A stretch of DNA of 64,000 nucleotides, taken from positions 17,528 through 81,527 of the forward strand of contig JAUCBJ010006543.1 of the NCBI GenBank assembly GCA_032718475.1, given 5' to 3'. Of this stretch, positions 37,375-50,304 are shown in pieces. Position numbers and translations under genes: made by a program. This DNA is from Nemertoderma westbladi. Taxonomy: Eukaryota; Animalia; Xenacoelomorpha. Numbering within the stretch: position 1 is the first letter of the stretch; each line of letters opens with the position of its first letter. Below the pieces are notes generated by a model. It did not search any database, was not told the DNA's origin, and saw only the letters and a list, made by a program, of their open reading frames with translations.

Positions 37375-38090
37375 GACAGGTTGGCTCAGTAGGTTTAGCG
37401 CCAGGCAATCTATTGGTTGTAGGTTCACCCAAACCAGGGTCCACTTAACCTTTCATGCCCTGGGCTCGATAAAATTAGTACCAGTTAAATTACTGGGGAT
37501 AGGAGAGGGATTAAGGGATAGGAGAAGCGTCCACCCCTACCCTCGGGTAGCAGATAGGAGTAGCACCCACCCCTACCCTCGGGTAGCAGATAGGAGTAGC
37601 ACCCACCCCTACCTTCGGGTAGCAGATAGGAGTAGCGCCCACCCCTACCTTCGGGTAGCAGATATGAGTAGCGGCCACCCCTACCTTCGGGTAGCAGATA
37701 CGAGTAGCACCCACCCCTACCTTCGGGTAGCAGATAGGAGTAGCGCCTACCCCTACCTTCGGGTAGCAGATATGAGTAGCGGCCACCCCTACCTTCGGGT
37801 AGCAGATAGGAGTAGCATTCACCCCTACCTTCGGGTAGCAGATAGGAGTAGCGTTCACCCCTACCTTCGGGTAGCAGAGAGGAGTAGCGCCCACCCCTTC
37901 CTTGGAGTAGCGCCCACCCCTTCCTTCGGGTAGCAGATAGGAGTAGTGCCCACCCCTACCTTTGGGTAGCAGATAGGAGCAGCGCCCACCCCTACCTCGT
38001 CAAGCTCATGAGTTACTGGTGCAGAGCCTGCCTCTCCAGATATATTAATAAAGGAGTTCACCATCACCATCAGCACCAGCATCAGCTTTC
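37375..38090 (+). mobile_element. tRNA-headed SINE with an internal minisatellite
   Basis: A-box-like TGGCTCAGTAGG and a degenerate B-box GGTTCAC. The central CCTTTCATGCCCTGGGCTCGATAAAATTAGTACCAG resembles a core widespread in animal SINEs. AATAAA is followed by a (CACCAT)-like tail. Confidence 0.6.
37515..37997. repeat. 36-bp minisatellite (~13 copies), CCACCCCTACCTTCGGGTAGCAGATAGGAGTAGCRC
   Basis: Directly visible. The period of 36 matches the 12-aa repeat in ORF 37370-37933. Confidence 0.95.
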
Positions 38091-39551
38091 TCTCTAGGCA
38101 GGCTTATGATAATCAGACTCACACAACCAACAAGTTGCGTCTGGAAGAAGTGTGTATTCCAATATTCGGAAATTTGAGTTCCTTTGTATTGTATTGTAAT
38201 TTAATTGCTCAGGCCGTAGCCCATTGTAAATACATATTATATTAATTAGCACAAATAAAGATAATTTACATACAAATAATATAAAATAGAAAAAAAAAAT
38301 ATAAAATGAATCTTACAAATATAACAACATATAACAATATATAGCAATACACCACGAACCATATCACATTCGCTAATGGTAGGCCTATAAAATGGACGAA
38401 CATCTTACAAATATAAAATTATATAAAAGTGTAGAGTAATATAAATAGCTAATGAATGCAGGCCTTCCACGCATCCAGTGATTCGCCCTCGCTGTTGTTG
38501 GGGCAAAACCATCTACCCAGTGCCCAGTGGTGGCAAGCATATAGTTGTGACAGTCTCCCCCTATACATTCTTGGGGTAGAACCACTTCCTTTTAATCTGG
38601 GGCAGAACCACTTCCCTTTAATATGTGTGTGTCCCTGCACACACTTGATCATATTGCCACAGGTCTTGCATACCATTCCACTACAGGGGTTGAGGGGTCT
38701 CAGCTTGGCCAGGCACTACTCCACTACTGATGATCAACTGGCCCCTCTTATTGACTCATTGTTCAGGATCCCACTACTCATGGGGAATATAAAACTAATA
38801 GGAATAATCAAGGATAATTTTGAGGATGAGTGGAGGATGATTTTATGATTACATTCATTTTATTTTAAATATGTTAATTTATGATATTTTATATATTTTG
38901 TGCATTCAGTAACCTTCTAGAATATCAACTCTATCATAATATTTGGCAAATAATTATACTGACATTTACAGCCATTCATTATTGAATAGTGATTAAAAAA
39001 ATTAGTGAGACAAACCAAATCCAACGTTTTTTCAAAAGTATAAATTTAAAACCAGTATTCTAAATCATTACAAATGCATTACTACACCATTAAATGCATA
39101 CATTACTCACATGTACCTGTTCCAAGTGGAGCAAGTATTGTAGGTTGGCCCGCTCGTACCTACACTGTAGCATCTCACTCACCTGCTGGGATATAACATG
39201 TACACTTCTATCCGACCTATGCCATGCATCTCATCCATCAGTCTTGCACATATCCTTATTAAACTTAAATACAGCGGGGAATATATTCTGCACACACTGA
39301 GGCAACATTCTCAAGTACTGTACCTACCACAACACATGGTCTACCTAGCCTACGTTTTACTGCCACACCAGTATCACACCACAAACAGGGCAGACCTTTC
39401 ACACCCACTAACGCTTTCATTATTGTCTCTGGAACCCACACAAACATAGGGTATATACACAGTAGGGCTCTGGTCTAGGCAAAGCCTGCAGTGCCCAAGA
39501 GTTCACCTGGAGGTGGCGAATGCCACAGTGGTTCACCTTCCCATCTCGATG

Positions 39552-42500
39552 GAGAATTATACTCCCTTGTACCAGGTACCATTCCCAACTTAGTCAACTC
39601 TCTGTACATCCACTCTGACTGAGCTTGGCTCATTGTCTGACTCCACTTGTACCCACCACCATCTCAATCCTCATCAACCTCAGGATCCACAATAGCACTC
39701 ACCCTCATATCACGCATGTACAATCTCTCACTCTCACTCACCATACTGGGAATTTCCAAACCCAACATGGCCTGTTCAAGGGGATCATCCATTGGCACAC
39801 TCACACCCATGGAGAACAAACTACTCTCAGTGGTAGGTTGGATAGTTGTGAGATAGCTCCGCAACTAATCCATTGCAGTCCTGTATGTCCATCTTTGTCA
39901 TTTTCTTCCTAAATTTATTGTGCTCCGATTTCGTTGCCACATCTCTGTAGGTCAAAGCCTTTAACTTTCCATAGCCTCATGTTCACACCTTCGTCCTTCT
40001 GTGATTCAGCTTGATGCCTCGCTAACTCGCATTTACCTTCACTTTCACACATGTCCTCCACAACCTCGAACATATACGCATACTCCACCAACTTCTGCAC
40101 CCACTCTTGTTTATCCTTACCACAAAGAATTTCATGGTTTTTCTATTTGGTGAGTAATAATTCGTTATTAAATATCATAGCAGCACATTTAAACTACTGT
40201 ACTAACAACAAATAGACTACAGTACACCCTTCAAAAATGAAAGGCCTATAATAAAACCCAGTGATATAGAAAGTTAAAAGAAATTATATAATAATACAGT
40301 TAAATGTCTTACCTTCAAAGTAAATAAAAAACAAATGTCCAAATCCAAAATAAAGCGTGAGTTAGACTGACGACGTAATAATGCACTTATTTATAGTAGT
40401 GAGTTAGACTGATGACGTAATAATTCACTTATTTATAGAAAGTTAGACTGACGACATAATAACGCAGTCGGGTACAGTACAGTACAGTAGGCATTACCTC
40501 AGCCTTATACTTACCAAGTATACTCCTATACCACCATTGTGGTATATACATCACCATTGTAATCAAGTCCAAACTTCTCACCTGTTTCAGTGTCAGGGCA
40601 CTTCAAGTCCAGATACTTATATACTCCATACTCCTGGAAGCCGGCATTGTCTGGGGTCAAAGCAGTTTGGTAGAAACAACTTTCGGTATTCCTTTGATCT
40701 CTGCCAGTTCAATCTTGATACTCCTAAGAATACTTGAGCCTGAAATAAAGCAGAATTAACCTGGGCACACCTGTGACCCACTTTACCTGATGGTTATGGA
40801 ACTCATCACACTGTGATGAACCTCACAGTGGCTGGTAGACTGGCACTAGTGTCTCTGGTTGTTTCATACCTGCAAGATGAACCTCTTTCCTAATCCTGTA
40901 ATAGCAGCCATTTCGAATGTGCTGCACCTGTACTATCCATTCTTCCTTCATCCTACTGCTGTACAGATAGACATCTTTCTCCTTAGTTTTGGTAAAATAT
41001 ATTAAAAACTCTGATTCTGGTTAAAAAATGTTCCTCTAGTTCCTCCAATGAAGGTATTGCAGTCTTGTAATGCTTCCTGATCTCCCTTTTAGTTAGCTGA
41101 CCTTGATCTGATGCCAGTCTACTCACCATATCATGGGCTTTCTTTAGCCGGTCTAAATCATGGATATATAATAATATAGATAGCAGACGATTAAAGGGTC
41201 ATGAACCTCGGATCAGCTGCATGAGCTTCTGATATGCAGACTCGTACAAACTGATGGATGCAATAGAATATTACATTCAGCCCCATGAATTTTGGTATTG
41301 TGGGGTACCAGCCTCCTTCTCAGACACCCAGTGTGACCAATCAGTATCTAGAATGTCAGAATACTGACCAATCATCACCAGCATCATCATCAGCACCAGG
41401 TCCCTTCCTTGCACTACTTGCACTCGATGCCATTACAACAAAACAATCTCTATCCATATAGCGTATCTCAGCCAATGACACACCCTGCTGTTCATGATAC
41501 CATTTCCTCAGACCACGATAATAGCTACTCCACGCTCGATCACTGTCCACACCTACCATCCCCACAAACTCACCTCCCAGAACTCATTCATCATTGTATA
41601 AGACCACACCCTACCACTGAAACTCTGCACCTTCTTGGCGAGCTTCCTTGTATGGTCACTATGCCAATATCTGCCAAACGTACCATGCATCAATCCATAT
41701 AAATACTCATACTGTATACTGTACTCAGTCACCAACATATCAGCAAGGAAGTTCTCACCAACATCATCCACACTGCGCCAATCGTCATTGTCTCTGGAAC
41801 CCACACAAACATAGGGTGTATACAGTATGGCTCTGGTCTAGGCAAAGCCTGCAGTGCCCTTGGCTGCAATTCACCTGGAGGTGGTGAATGCCAGTGGCTC
41901 ACCTTCCCATCTCGATGGAGAATTATACTCCCTTGTATCAGGTACCATTCCCAACTTAGTCAACTCTCTATATATCCACTCCTACTGGGCTTGGCTCATT
42001 GTCAGACTCCACTTGTACCCACCACCATCTCAATCCTCATCAACCTCCGGATCCACAATAGCACTCAACGTCATATCATGCATGTACAATCTCGCACTCT
42101 CACTCACCATACATAACATTTCCAAACCTAACATAGCCTATTCAAAGGGACATTTCCAAACCCAATATAGCCTATTCAAAGGGATCATCCATTGGCACAC
42201 TCACACCCATGGAGGACAAAGGCTGACTCTCGGTGGTAGGCTGGATAGTTGTGAGATACCTCGGCAACTAATCCATTGCAGTCCCTTTCCGTATGTCCAT
42301 TTCAGTATTGTCATTTTCTTCCTAAATTTATTGTGCTCCGATTTCGTTGCCACATCTCTGTAGGTCAAAGCCTTTAACTTTCCATAGCCTCATGTTCACA
42401 CCTTCGTCCTTCTGGGATTCAGCTTGATGCCTCGCTAACTCGCGTTTAACTTCACTTTCACACATGTCCTTCACAACCTTGAACATATACGCATACTCCA

Positions 42501-42640
42501 CCAACTTCTGCACCCACTCTTGTTTATCCTTACCACAAAGAATTTCATGGTTTTTCTATTTGGTGAGTAATAATTCGTTATTAAATATCATATCAGCACA
42601 TTTAAACTACTGTACTAACAACAAATAGACTACAGTACAA
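39552..42640 (-). pseudogene. Further rearranged DUF6729-like transposase copies
   Basis: HSDHTRKLAKK...MMNEF, YMDRDC and QKLVEYAYMF motifs. 39900-40225 is repeated at 42310-42638. Confidence 0.65.
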
Positions 42641-43174
42641 ACAAACAACATATAAATTGTCAGACATACGAACGGACAGACATACGAACAACTGACCAAC
42701 GAATAATTTTACAGACGAATTAAACAGACAAACTAACTGGTAGACAGACACACAAATATAAATAAATATGCAATTACAAATAATAATAATAATAAATAAA
42801 TAAAGTAAATAAACACACTAACTTATATTAATTTGATTATGTAATGCAAGGTAATTTGCAAGGTAACAATGGGGATGGTGCGGGGTTGCGGGGCTCCGAT
42901 CTACCCGATCGGTATTAACCGATCTCGTATTTACTTCGTTTGTGACTTTAGATAGGTAACATAATATAGATTAATTATTTAGGCAATTTAATAAACAACT
43001 TGTGCAGTTTACTATGTAAATTTACTATGGATAATTTGCAATGATTTTATGATTTTTTTTATTTTTTTTTACAATATTTAAAGTCGTACTGTAACTATAT
43101 TTACATACATTAACTATTTATTATACAACACACTATTTATATGCATACAGACACATACTCACATCATACTCACA

Positions 43175-45773
43175 CTACTCCTTCCTCAGTTTAGTTCCCT
43201 TTGGGTTTCCGGGTGGTTTTCTACCTGCCTGCTCCCTTTCAATCATCCTACGTTCTTTTTCTGCTTCCTGTTCCGCCTTCCTCTGTCTGCATCCCGCCAT
43301 CTCTGTCTGGTGATGCACAGTTTTCTGAAACTCAAAGAATGTCATTGTTATGGGAGTTCCATACAAGTTACTAAACTTTTCAGGACAGTACAAATAAACG
43401 GGTTCTCCACGCTTGTTGTGATGCGCATGTAGATTCATCTCTGTCTCATCAAACCGAACCACGCTGATCAGTTGGGCGCAGTGGGTACACCTTCATCCCA
43501 CTGTATTTGTTCCTAGTCCATGCTTCCTGGAAATAATAAAACAGACGGCACAGCAATTGATTTCACAGGTGCTGGTGCCAATACAGGAACTTTCCTTTCT
43601 GTATATGGACACACTGGCGGTTTTACTTGTGGTGATAGGCTGACAACTTGTGCAAGGCCACATGGTGCCTGTGATGTGAGCAGGCTTGGTGAGGTCTATG
43701 TCTAGCCTCTTCAGTTCCCCCATGGCCTCTGGGGTAGGGTTAACCTCAATCTGCCTCCTTAACCCATTTTCTCTGGTTATTATGCCGCTTTATTACATCA
43801 ACTGAGGTGGTCTTCAGTTGAGAATAGCAGTAATCACTACCTTCCTTTTAGGCATTACCTCTCAGCCTTATACTTACCAAGTATACTCCTATACATACCT
43901 CTTACCCTCATCTCCTACCTCTGGGGTTGCGTCCAGGAGTTCATTGATCACCTTCTTCATGTATGGCCCCCAATTGGTGTGCTCCTCAACCAATACTTTA
44001 CCTGATATGGCTCAGTCTCTAAGTACCTCCCTAGCATACCATCGCTTTGGTGGTGGCATCTGTTGAGGTTGGTGGTGTCTCGGTTTCCTCAACCTTGGTG
44101 GTGTCTTCTGCAATCTCCATAGAACCAATTGTTGCTGCGGCGAAGTCTAAATTCAAGGGTTATTTCGTTCAACTCCTCGATGTCATTATGATCCAGTACC
44201 AGCTGCTCCTAGTCTGTGTGTCTGCCTCATCAGAAGAAGAATCAGCCATATCACCTTCAACAACAACCTCCTCTTCCACATTACCCTTGTAATCTAGTCC
44301 AAACTTCTCACCTGTATCAGTGTCAGAGCACTTCAAATCCAGATACTTACATACTCCTGGAAGCTGGCCTAGTTGATGGTAACACTACTTTGTGGTTGAA
44401 GTAGTTTGGTAGAGATAACTTTCGGTATTCCTTTGATCTCTGCCAGTTCCATCTCGACACTCCTAAGAATGCTTGAGCCTGAAATAAAGCAGAATTAACC
44501 CGGGCACCTGTGACCCACTTTACCTGATTATTGTGGAACCCCTCACACTGTGATGAACCTCGCAGTGGCTGGTAGACTGGCACTAGTGCCTCTGGGTGTT
44601 TCTTAACTGCAAGATGTACCTCTCTTCCTAATCCTGTACAGCACTCCACAGTCCACCTTGGGGTCTGATAAGCAGCCGTTCCTAATGTGCTGCACCTGTA
44701 CTAACCATTTCTCCTTCATCCTACTGCTGTACAGGTAGACATCATTCTCATCAGTAATGGTCAAAAAATACCACACTACCTACCTACCTACCTTGCTTAC
44801 ACATTCCTCTAGCTCCTCTGGGGAAAGTATTGCAGTCTTGCAATGCTTCTTGATCCTCTTATTTGAAGATGCCCATCTTAGTTATCTGACCTGGATCTGA
44901 TGTCAGTCTACTCACCATATCGTGGGCTTTCTTTAGCAGGTCTAAATCTTGGCTATCTATAATAAAGATAACAGAAGAGAAAAGGGTCATGAACCTCGGA
45001 TATGCTGCATGAGCTTCCAATATGCAGGCTCATCCAAATCGACAGAAGCAATGGAATACATCCAGCTGTTCTAGAAGGGTGGGATTGTAGTCCACCCTGC
45101 GACTGCTCTGGTGTGGTGGGGTACCAGCCTCCTTCTCAGATACCCAGTACGACCAGTCAGTATCTAGAATGTTAGAATACTGACCATGTGACCAATCATT
45201 AAGTCACCAGGTCCCTTCTTCGCACTACTCATACTCGACGTCTTCACAACACAACAATCTCTATCCACATAACGTATCTTGGCCAATGACACACCCTGCT
45301 GTTCATACCATTTCCACTGACATTCATTACATACCTGTTCCAAGTGGAGCAAGTATTGTAGGTTGGCCCGCTTGTACCTACCCTACACTGTAGCATCTCA
45401 CACACTTGCTGGGGCATGTCATGCATACTTCTACCCGACCTATGCATCTCATCCATCACAGTCTTGCACAGTCTTTTAATCGTAAACACAGCAGGGAACA
45501 TATTCTGCACACATTGAAGCAACATACTCAAGTACCGTGGGTCAGAACTCACCCATGATTGTGCTGACACGTCCCACCCTTCACACCCACTAATAATGCT
45601 TTCATCATTGTCTCTGGTACCCACACTAACATAGGATAGATACAGTAGGGCTCCGGTCTAGGCAAAGCCTGTGGTGGCCTTGGCTGCAATTCACCCGGGG
45701 GTGGCGAATGCCACCATGGGTTACCTTCCCATCTCAATGGAGAATTATACTCCCATGTACCTGGTACCATTCC
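43175..45773 (-). pseudogene. DUF6729-like putative DDE transposase, central and C-terminal part (continues at 51328-52140)
   Basis: YVDRDCC, QLDVFHCFCRF, RGSSQCEGFH...FQAQAFLGVSRWNWQR and C-terminal CxxC and YCP motifs, with many frameshifts. Confidence 0.7.
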
Positions 45774-46048
45774 TGTAAAATGCAATCCCAATCCCCCGCA
45801 GGGCAAAACTACCGCAGAGACGCAAATTGAGAAAGCTATCGCTATTGCGAGTAGGAAATAATATTGTTATGGCATATAGCTCCTTTTCTCAGCGACGCTG
45901 TTTAATTTTGGCCTTTTTTCAGAATTTTGTATACAGCAATAAGATAAATAAATACCAGTACTCTAATTTTGTTAATGGGCGAATATGTACAAAAAGAAGA
46001 TATCTGTGCGTTTTAATAAATTAATCTGGAAGCAGTTTTGGTACACAA

Positions 46049-48501
46049 TCTATCTATATATATAAATATCATGTGTCTGTCTGTCTGTTTGTTTGTTTGT
46101 CTGTCCAAGCTATACGTTTCTACACACAAGCACCAATCGGAGCTCGCGATACATCGAACGAAAGCTCTCGTCACGAGCACGTGCACTGTCGCTATCTCGA
46201 GTCTTATTTTACGCGTTTGTTTGCGTGAATGCGAATTTCGTGAATTCGGTACCGTTAGCGCGGTAGGCCTAGCAGTTCATTCTGTCACTCGACACGTTGG
46301 GTATCGACTATTATGCTACTTTTTGATACCAGACTTAATCTGTTCTAAATGATACTTTGCAGATCTGTTCCCGACCATAGAATAGACTGTGTGTTTGGGA
46401 GGACACTGATCAATCTGCAGTTCTCCAGTCTGCCGCTAGGGGGTGAAATATCCGAAACTGAAAACATCTCCCATTTCGTTATTATTAAAGCCTTTTAGCT
46501 GATACATGGCAGAGGTCTTCTACACCATAGGCTGTGTGTTTGGGGAGGATGCTGACCAATCTGCAATTCCCCAGTCTGCCGCTAGGGGGAGAAATATCTG
46601 AAAATGAAAACCTTATCCCATTTCTTTGTTTATAATGCTTTTTTGCTGATACTTGGCAGAGGTCTACTACACAATACAGCGTGTTTGGGGAGGAGCTAGA
46701 ATCAGTCTGCATTTCTCCAGTCTTCCGCTAGGGGGCCAAATGTCTGAAAGTGAAAACCTTATCCCATTTCGTTATTAATAATGCTTTTAGGCTGACACTT
46801 GGCAGATGTGTATTACACCATATGGTGTGTGTCCGTGGAGGACGCCCAACTACCTGCAGTTCTCCATTCGGCCGCTAGGGGGCGAAATATCTGAAAGTGA
46901 AATCCTTATCCAATTTCGTTGTTTATAATGCTTTTAGGCTGATACTTGGCAGAGGTCTACTACACCATAGACTGCGTGTTTGTGGAGAACTCTGACCAAT
47001 CTGCAATTCCTCTGTCTGCCACTAGGGGGCCAAATGTCTGAAAGTGAAAACCTTATCCCATTTCGTTATTAATAATGCTTTTAGGCTGACACTTGGCAGA
47101 TGTGTATTACACCATATGGTGTGTGTCTGTGGAGGACGCCCAACTACCTGCAGTTCTCCATTCGGCCACTAAGGGGCGAAATATCTGAAAGTGAAAACCT
47201 TATCCCATTTCGTTGTTTATAATTCTTATAGGCTGGTACTTGGCAGAGGTCTACTACACCATAGGCTGCTTTGTGGAGAACTCTGACCAATCTGCAATTC
47301 CTCTGTCTGCCACTAGGGGGCCAAATGTCTGAAAGTGAAAACCTTATACCATTTCGTTATTAATAATGCGTTTAGGCTGACACTTGGCAGATGTGTATTA
47401 CACCATAGGCTGTGTGTCTGAAGAGGACGCCGAACAACCTGCAGTTCTCTATTCGGCCGCTAGGGGGCGAAATGTCTGAACGTGAAAACCTTATCCCATT
47501 TTGATGTTTATAATGTTTTTAGGCTGATACTTGTCACTACATCAAGGTCTACTACATCAAAGACTGCGTGCGTGTTTGTGGAGAACTAAGACCAATCTGC
47601 AATAGCTCTGTCTGCCGCTAGGTGGCGCAATGTCTGAAAGTGAAAACCTTTATGCATTTCATTGTTTATAATGCTTTTTTGTTGATACTTGGCAGAGGTC
47701 TACTACACCATAGACTGTGTGTTTGGGGAGAAGCTAGAACCAGTCTGTATTTATCCAGTCTACCGCTTGGGGGCCAAATGTCTGAAAGTGAAAACCTTAT
47801 CCCAATTCGTTATTAATATGATTTCAGGCTGACACTTGCCAGATGTGTAGTACACCATAGGGTGTGTGTCTAGGTAAGACACCGAACAAACTGCAGTTCT
47901 CCATTCGGCCGCTAAGGGGCGAAATGTCTGAAAGTGAAAACCTTATCCCGTTTCGTTGCTTCTAATGCTTTTAGGCTGATACTTGTCAGAGGTCTACTAC
48001 ACCATAGACTGCGTGTTTGTGGAAAACTCTGACCAATCTGCAATTTCTCAGTCTGCCGCTAGAGGGTGAAATGTCTCAAGTGAAATTCTTCTCCCATTTC
48101 GTTGTTTCTAATGCTTTTTTGCTTATACTTGGGAAAGGCATGATGACCATAGGCTGTTTGTATGGGGAGGACGCTAACCAGTCTGCGGATTTCCAGTCTA
48201 CTGCTAGGGTGCGAAAAATCTGAATCTGAAAAGTAAAAACATTCTCACATTTATTTATTAAAAATGCTTTTACGCTGATAATTGTCAGAGGTCTACTGTA
48301 CTACATCATAAGGCTGCATCAATGCGAAGGACGTTGACCAGTGTAGGTATCTGAAAAGTAAAACAGCATCAGTCCTTTTGTTTGAGAGAGCACTCTCAAT
48401 CATATTAAGTTTTGTTAAGTTAATTAATTAATTAATGTTTGGAATGGTGAATAGGCTTGTGAACTAGAAAGCCGTGGCCCGAAGGGCCACTGGCTTTCTA
48501 G
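46049..48501 (+). mobile_element. Non-autonomous Helitron 1
   Basis: Starts with TC after an A, has a (TCTG)n stretch near the 5' end, and ends in hairpin CTAGAAAGCCGTGGCCCGAAGGGCCACTGGCTTTCTAG. No TSD. Confidence 0.85.
46355..48350 (+). repeat. 147-bp tandem array (~13 monomers, partly a 294-bp dimer) inside Helitron 1
   Basis: T(G/A)TCTGAAAGTG at 46741, 46888, 47035 and 47182. A/B variants alternate. Confidence 0.9.
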
Positions 48502-48503
48502 CA

Positions 48504-50304
48504 TCTATATATATAAATATCCTCTGTCTGTCTGTGAGTCTGTCCAAGCTATACGCTCCGACACACGAGCACCAATCTGAGCGAATGATACATCGATCGA
48601 AAGCTCTCATCCCGAGCACGTAAACTATCGCTATCTCGAGGCTTATTTTACGCTTATGCTTGCGTGAATGCGTATTTTGTATTCGCTGCAACATGTTGTG
48701 TGACAAAATCTCAAAGTGATTCGAATATTCCTTTTGGCAGTACAGGCCTGGCAAAGCTGAGTTAGATAGCAAGGCAACTAGCTACTTGCAGACCAATCAT
48801 AGGTGGCCTGCAGCAGGCTGTGTTGGTTAAGTAGTAATCTCAATAAATAGGACCCAGCAGAAGAGTGGAGTGGAACTACTGTGATTGGTTCTTGACTTAC
48901 ATTGGTAAGAACAAGCAGTAAATATTAGATTAGCTTTTTTCAGTTCACATGTGTGCTAGCGAGGTAGGCCTAGCAGGTCGTCAGTCCGTCATCCTACAAG
49001 TTGGATCTTGACTCTATCATGTGCGTGCATCTATATGATGCAGACCAACTGTGAACATGAATTGTAAAGGCTATCTCGAGGCTGATTTTTTACACATTTG
49101 CTTGATACTTGCATGAATGCGTCTTTGAGGTAAAATTGCATTATTCTGCAGTTGTTTTGTTATCGGACAAATTACTGGTCAGCAAGCAGGAAATTATAAC
49201 AGCAGTTATTGCATCATCGTAACCACTCTGTTCTAACTGACACTTTGCAGAAGAAATTCTACCTGACCATAGCTGCGTGTTGGGAGGACGCCGACCAGTT
49301 TGCGGTAAAGGCTATCTCGAGGCTGATTTTTTACACATTTACTTGATACTTGCATGAACGCGTATTAGAGGTAAAATTGCATTATTCTGCAGTTGTTTTG
49401 TTATCGGACAAATTACTGATCAGCAAGCAGGAAATTATAACAGCAGTTATTGCATCATCATAACCACTCTGTTCTAACTGACACTTTGAAAGAGAAATTC
49501 TACCTGACCATAGCTGCGTGTTGGGAGGACGCCGACCAGTTTGAGGTTCTTCAGTCTGCCACTAGGAGGCGAAATGTCTGAAAGTGAAAATCTTATCCTA
49601 TTTTGTTATTAATAATAATTTTTAGCTGGTACTTACAATATGTTTATAATGTTTTTTTGCTGATACCAAGCAGAGTATACTACACCGTAGGACCGTGTGT
49701 ATTTGGGGAGACGATGACCAAACTACAGTTCCCCAGTCTGCCGCTATCAGGGGATGAAATGTCTGAAAGAGGAAACCTACAATTTTGTTGTTTATGAATG
49801 CTTTTTTGCTGATACTTGGCACTTGGCAGAGGACTACTACACCATAGTCGTCGTGTTTGGGGAGGACGCTAACAAGTGCAGAATTAGGCAGTCTGCCACT
49901 AGGGGGCGAAATGTCTGAAATTAAAACCTTCCATTTTAATTCGATAGAGTTGCTGCAGTGACCTACTGCACTATAGGTTATGTTTGCGAGGACGCTAACC
50001 ACTACTCTGCAGTTATACAGTTTTCCACTAAGGGGAAAATATTACACACAGTTGAAACCTTTTCCCATTTTATTATTTGTAATCCATTGGAGGTGTTACT
50101 TGGTAGGTATCTACTACAACATAAAGCCTTATGTTTATTATTGTATGTAGCTGCAACTAAAACGGGATCAGTCTGTTAGTCTTTTGTAACGTTTTGTTAA
50201 GTTAATTAATTAATTTATTTATGTTTGATATTGTCCATTGATTGATTGACTGTATAGAAACTTGTGAACTAGAAAGTCGTGGCCGAAGGCCACGGGCTTT
50301 CTAG
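48504..50304 (+). mobile_element. Non-autonomous Helitron 2 (same family, head-to-tail)
   Basis: TCTATATATATAAATATC start, the same 3' hairpin, CTAG followed by T, ~4 diverged monomers and a ~240-bp internal duplication. Confidence 0.85.

Larger units (their letters stand above)
27036..39551 (+). repeat. Second copy of a tandem segmental duplication of 4161-27021
   Basis: 27036-34995 = 4161-11545; 34994-36952 = 23852-25810; 38349-39551 = 25819-27021. Only scattered substitutions. Confidence 0.95.

Noticed and set aside
37515-37997. 36-bp repeat with a hairpin resembling a CRISPR repeat, and repeat ORFs on both strands
   Set aside because: Units are contiguous with no unique spacers, there are no cas genes and the context is eukaryotic. 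The ORFs are open only because the unit is a stop-free multiple of 3.
40340-40470. Three ~41-bp repeats containing CTGA(T/C)GA and one downstream GAAA
   Set aside because: Stem II is not closed next to the core and there is no stem I/III pairing. Treated as a simple short tandem repeat.
47410-47445. CTGAAGA-GG-ACG-CC-GAAC in one Helitron monomer (minimal hammerhead-like)
   Set aside because: It has GAAC instead of GAAA, and the motif is absent from sister monomers.
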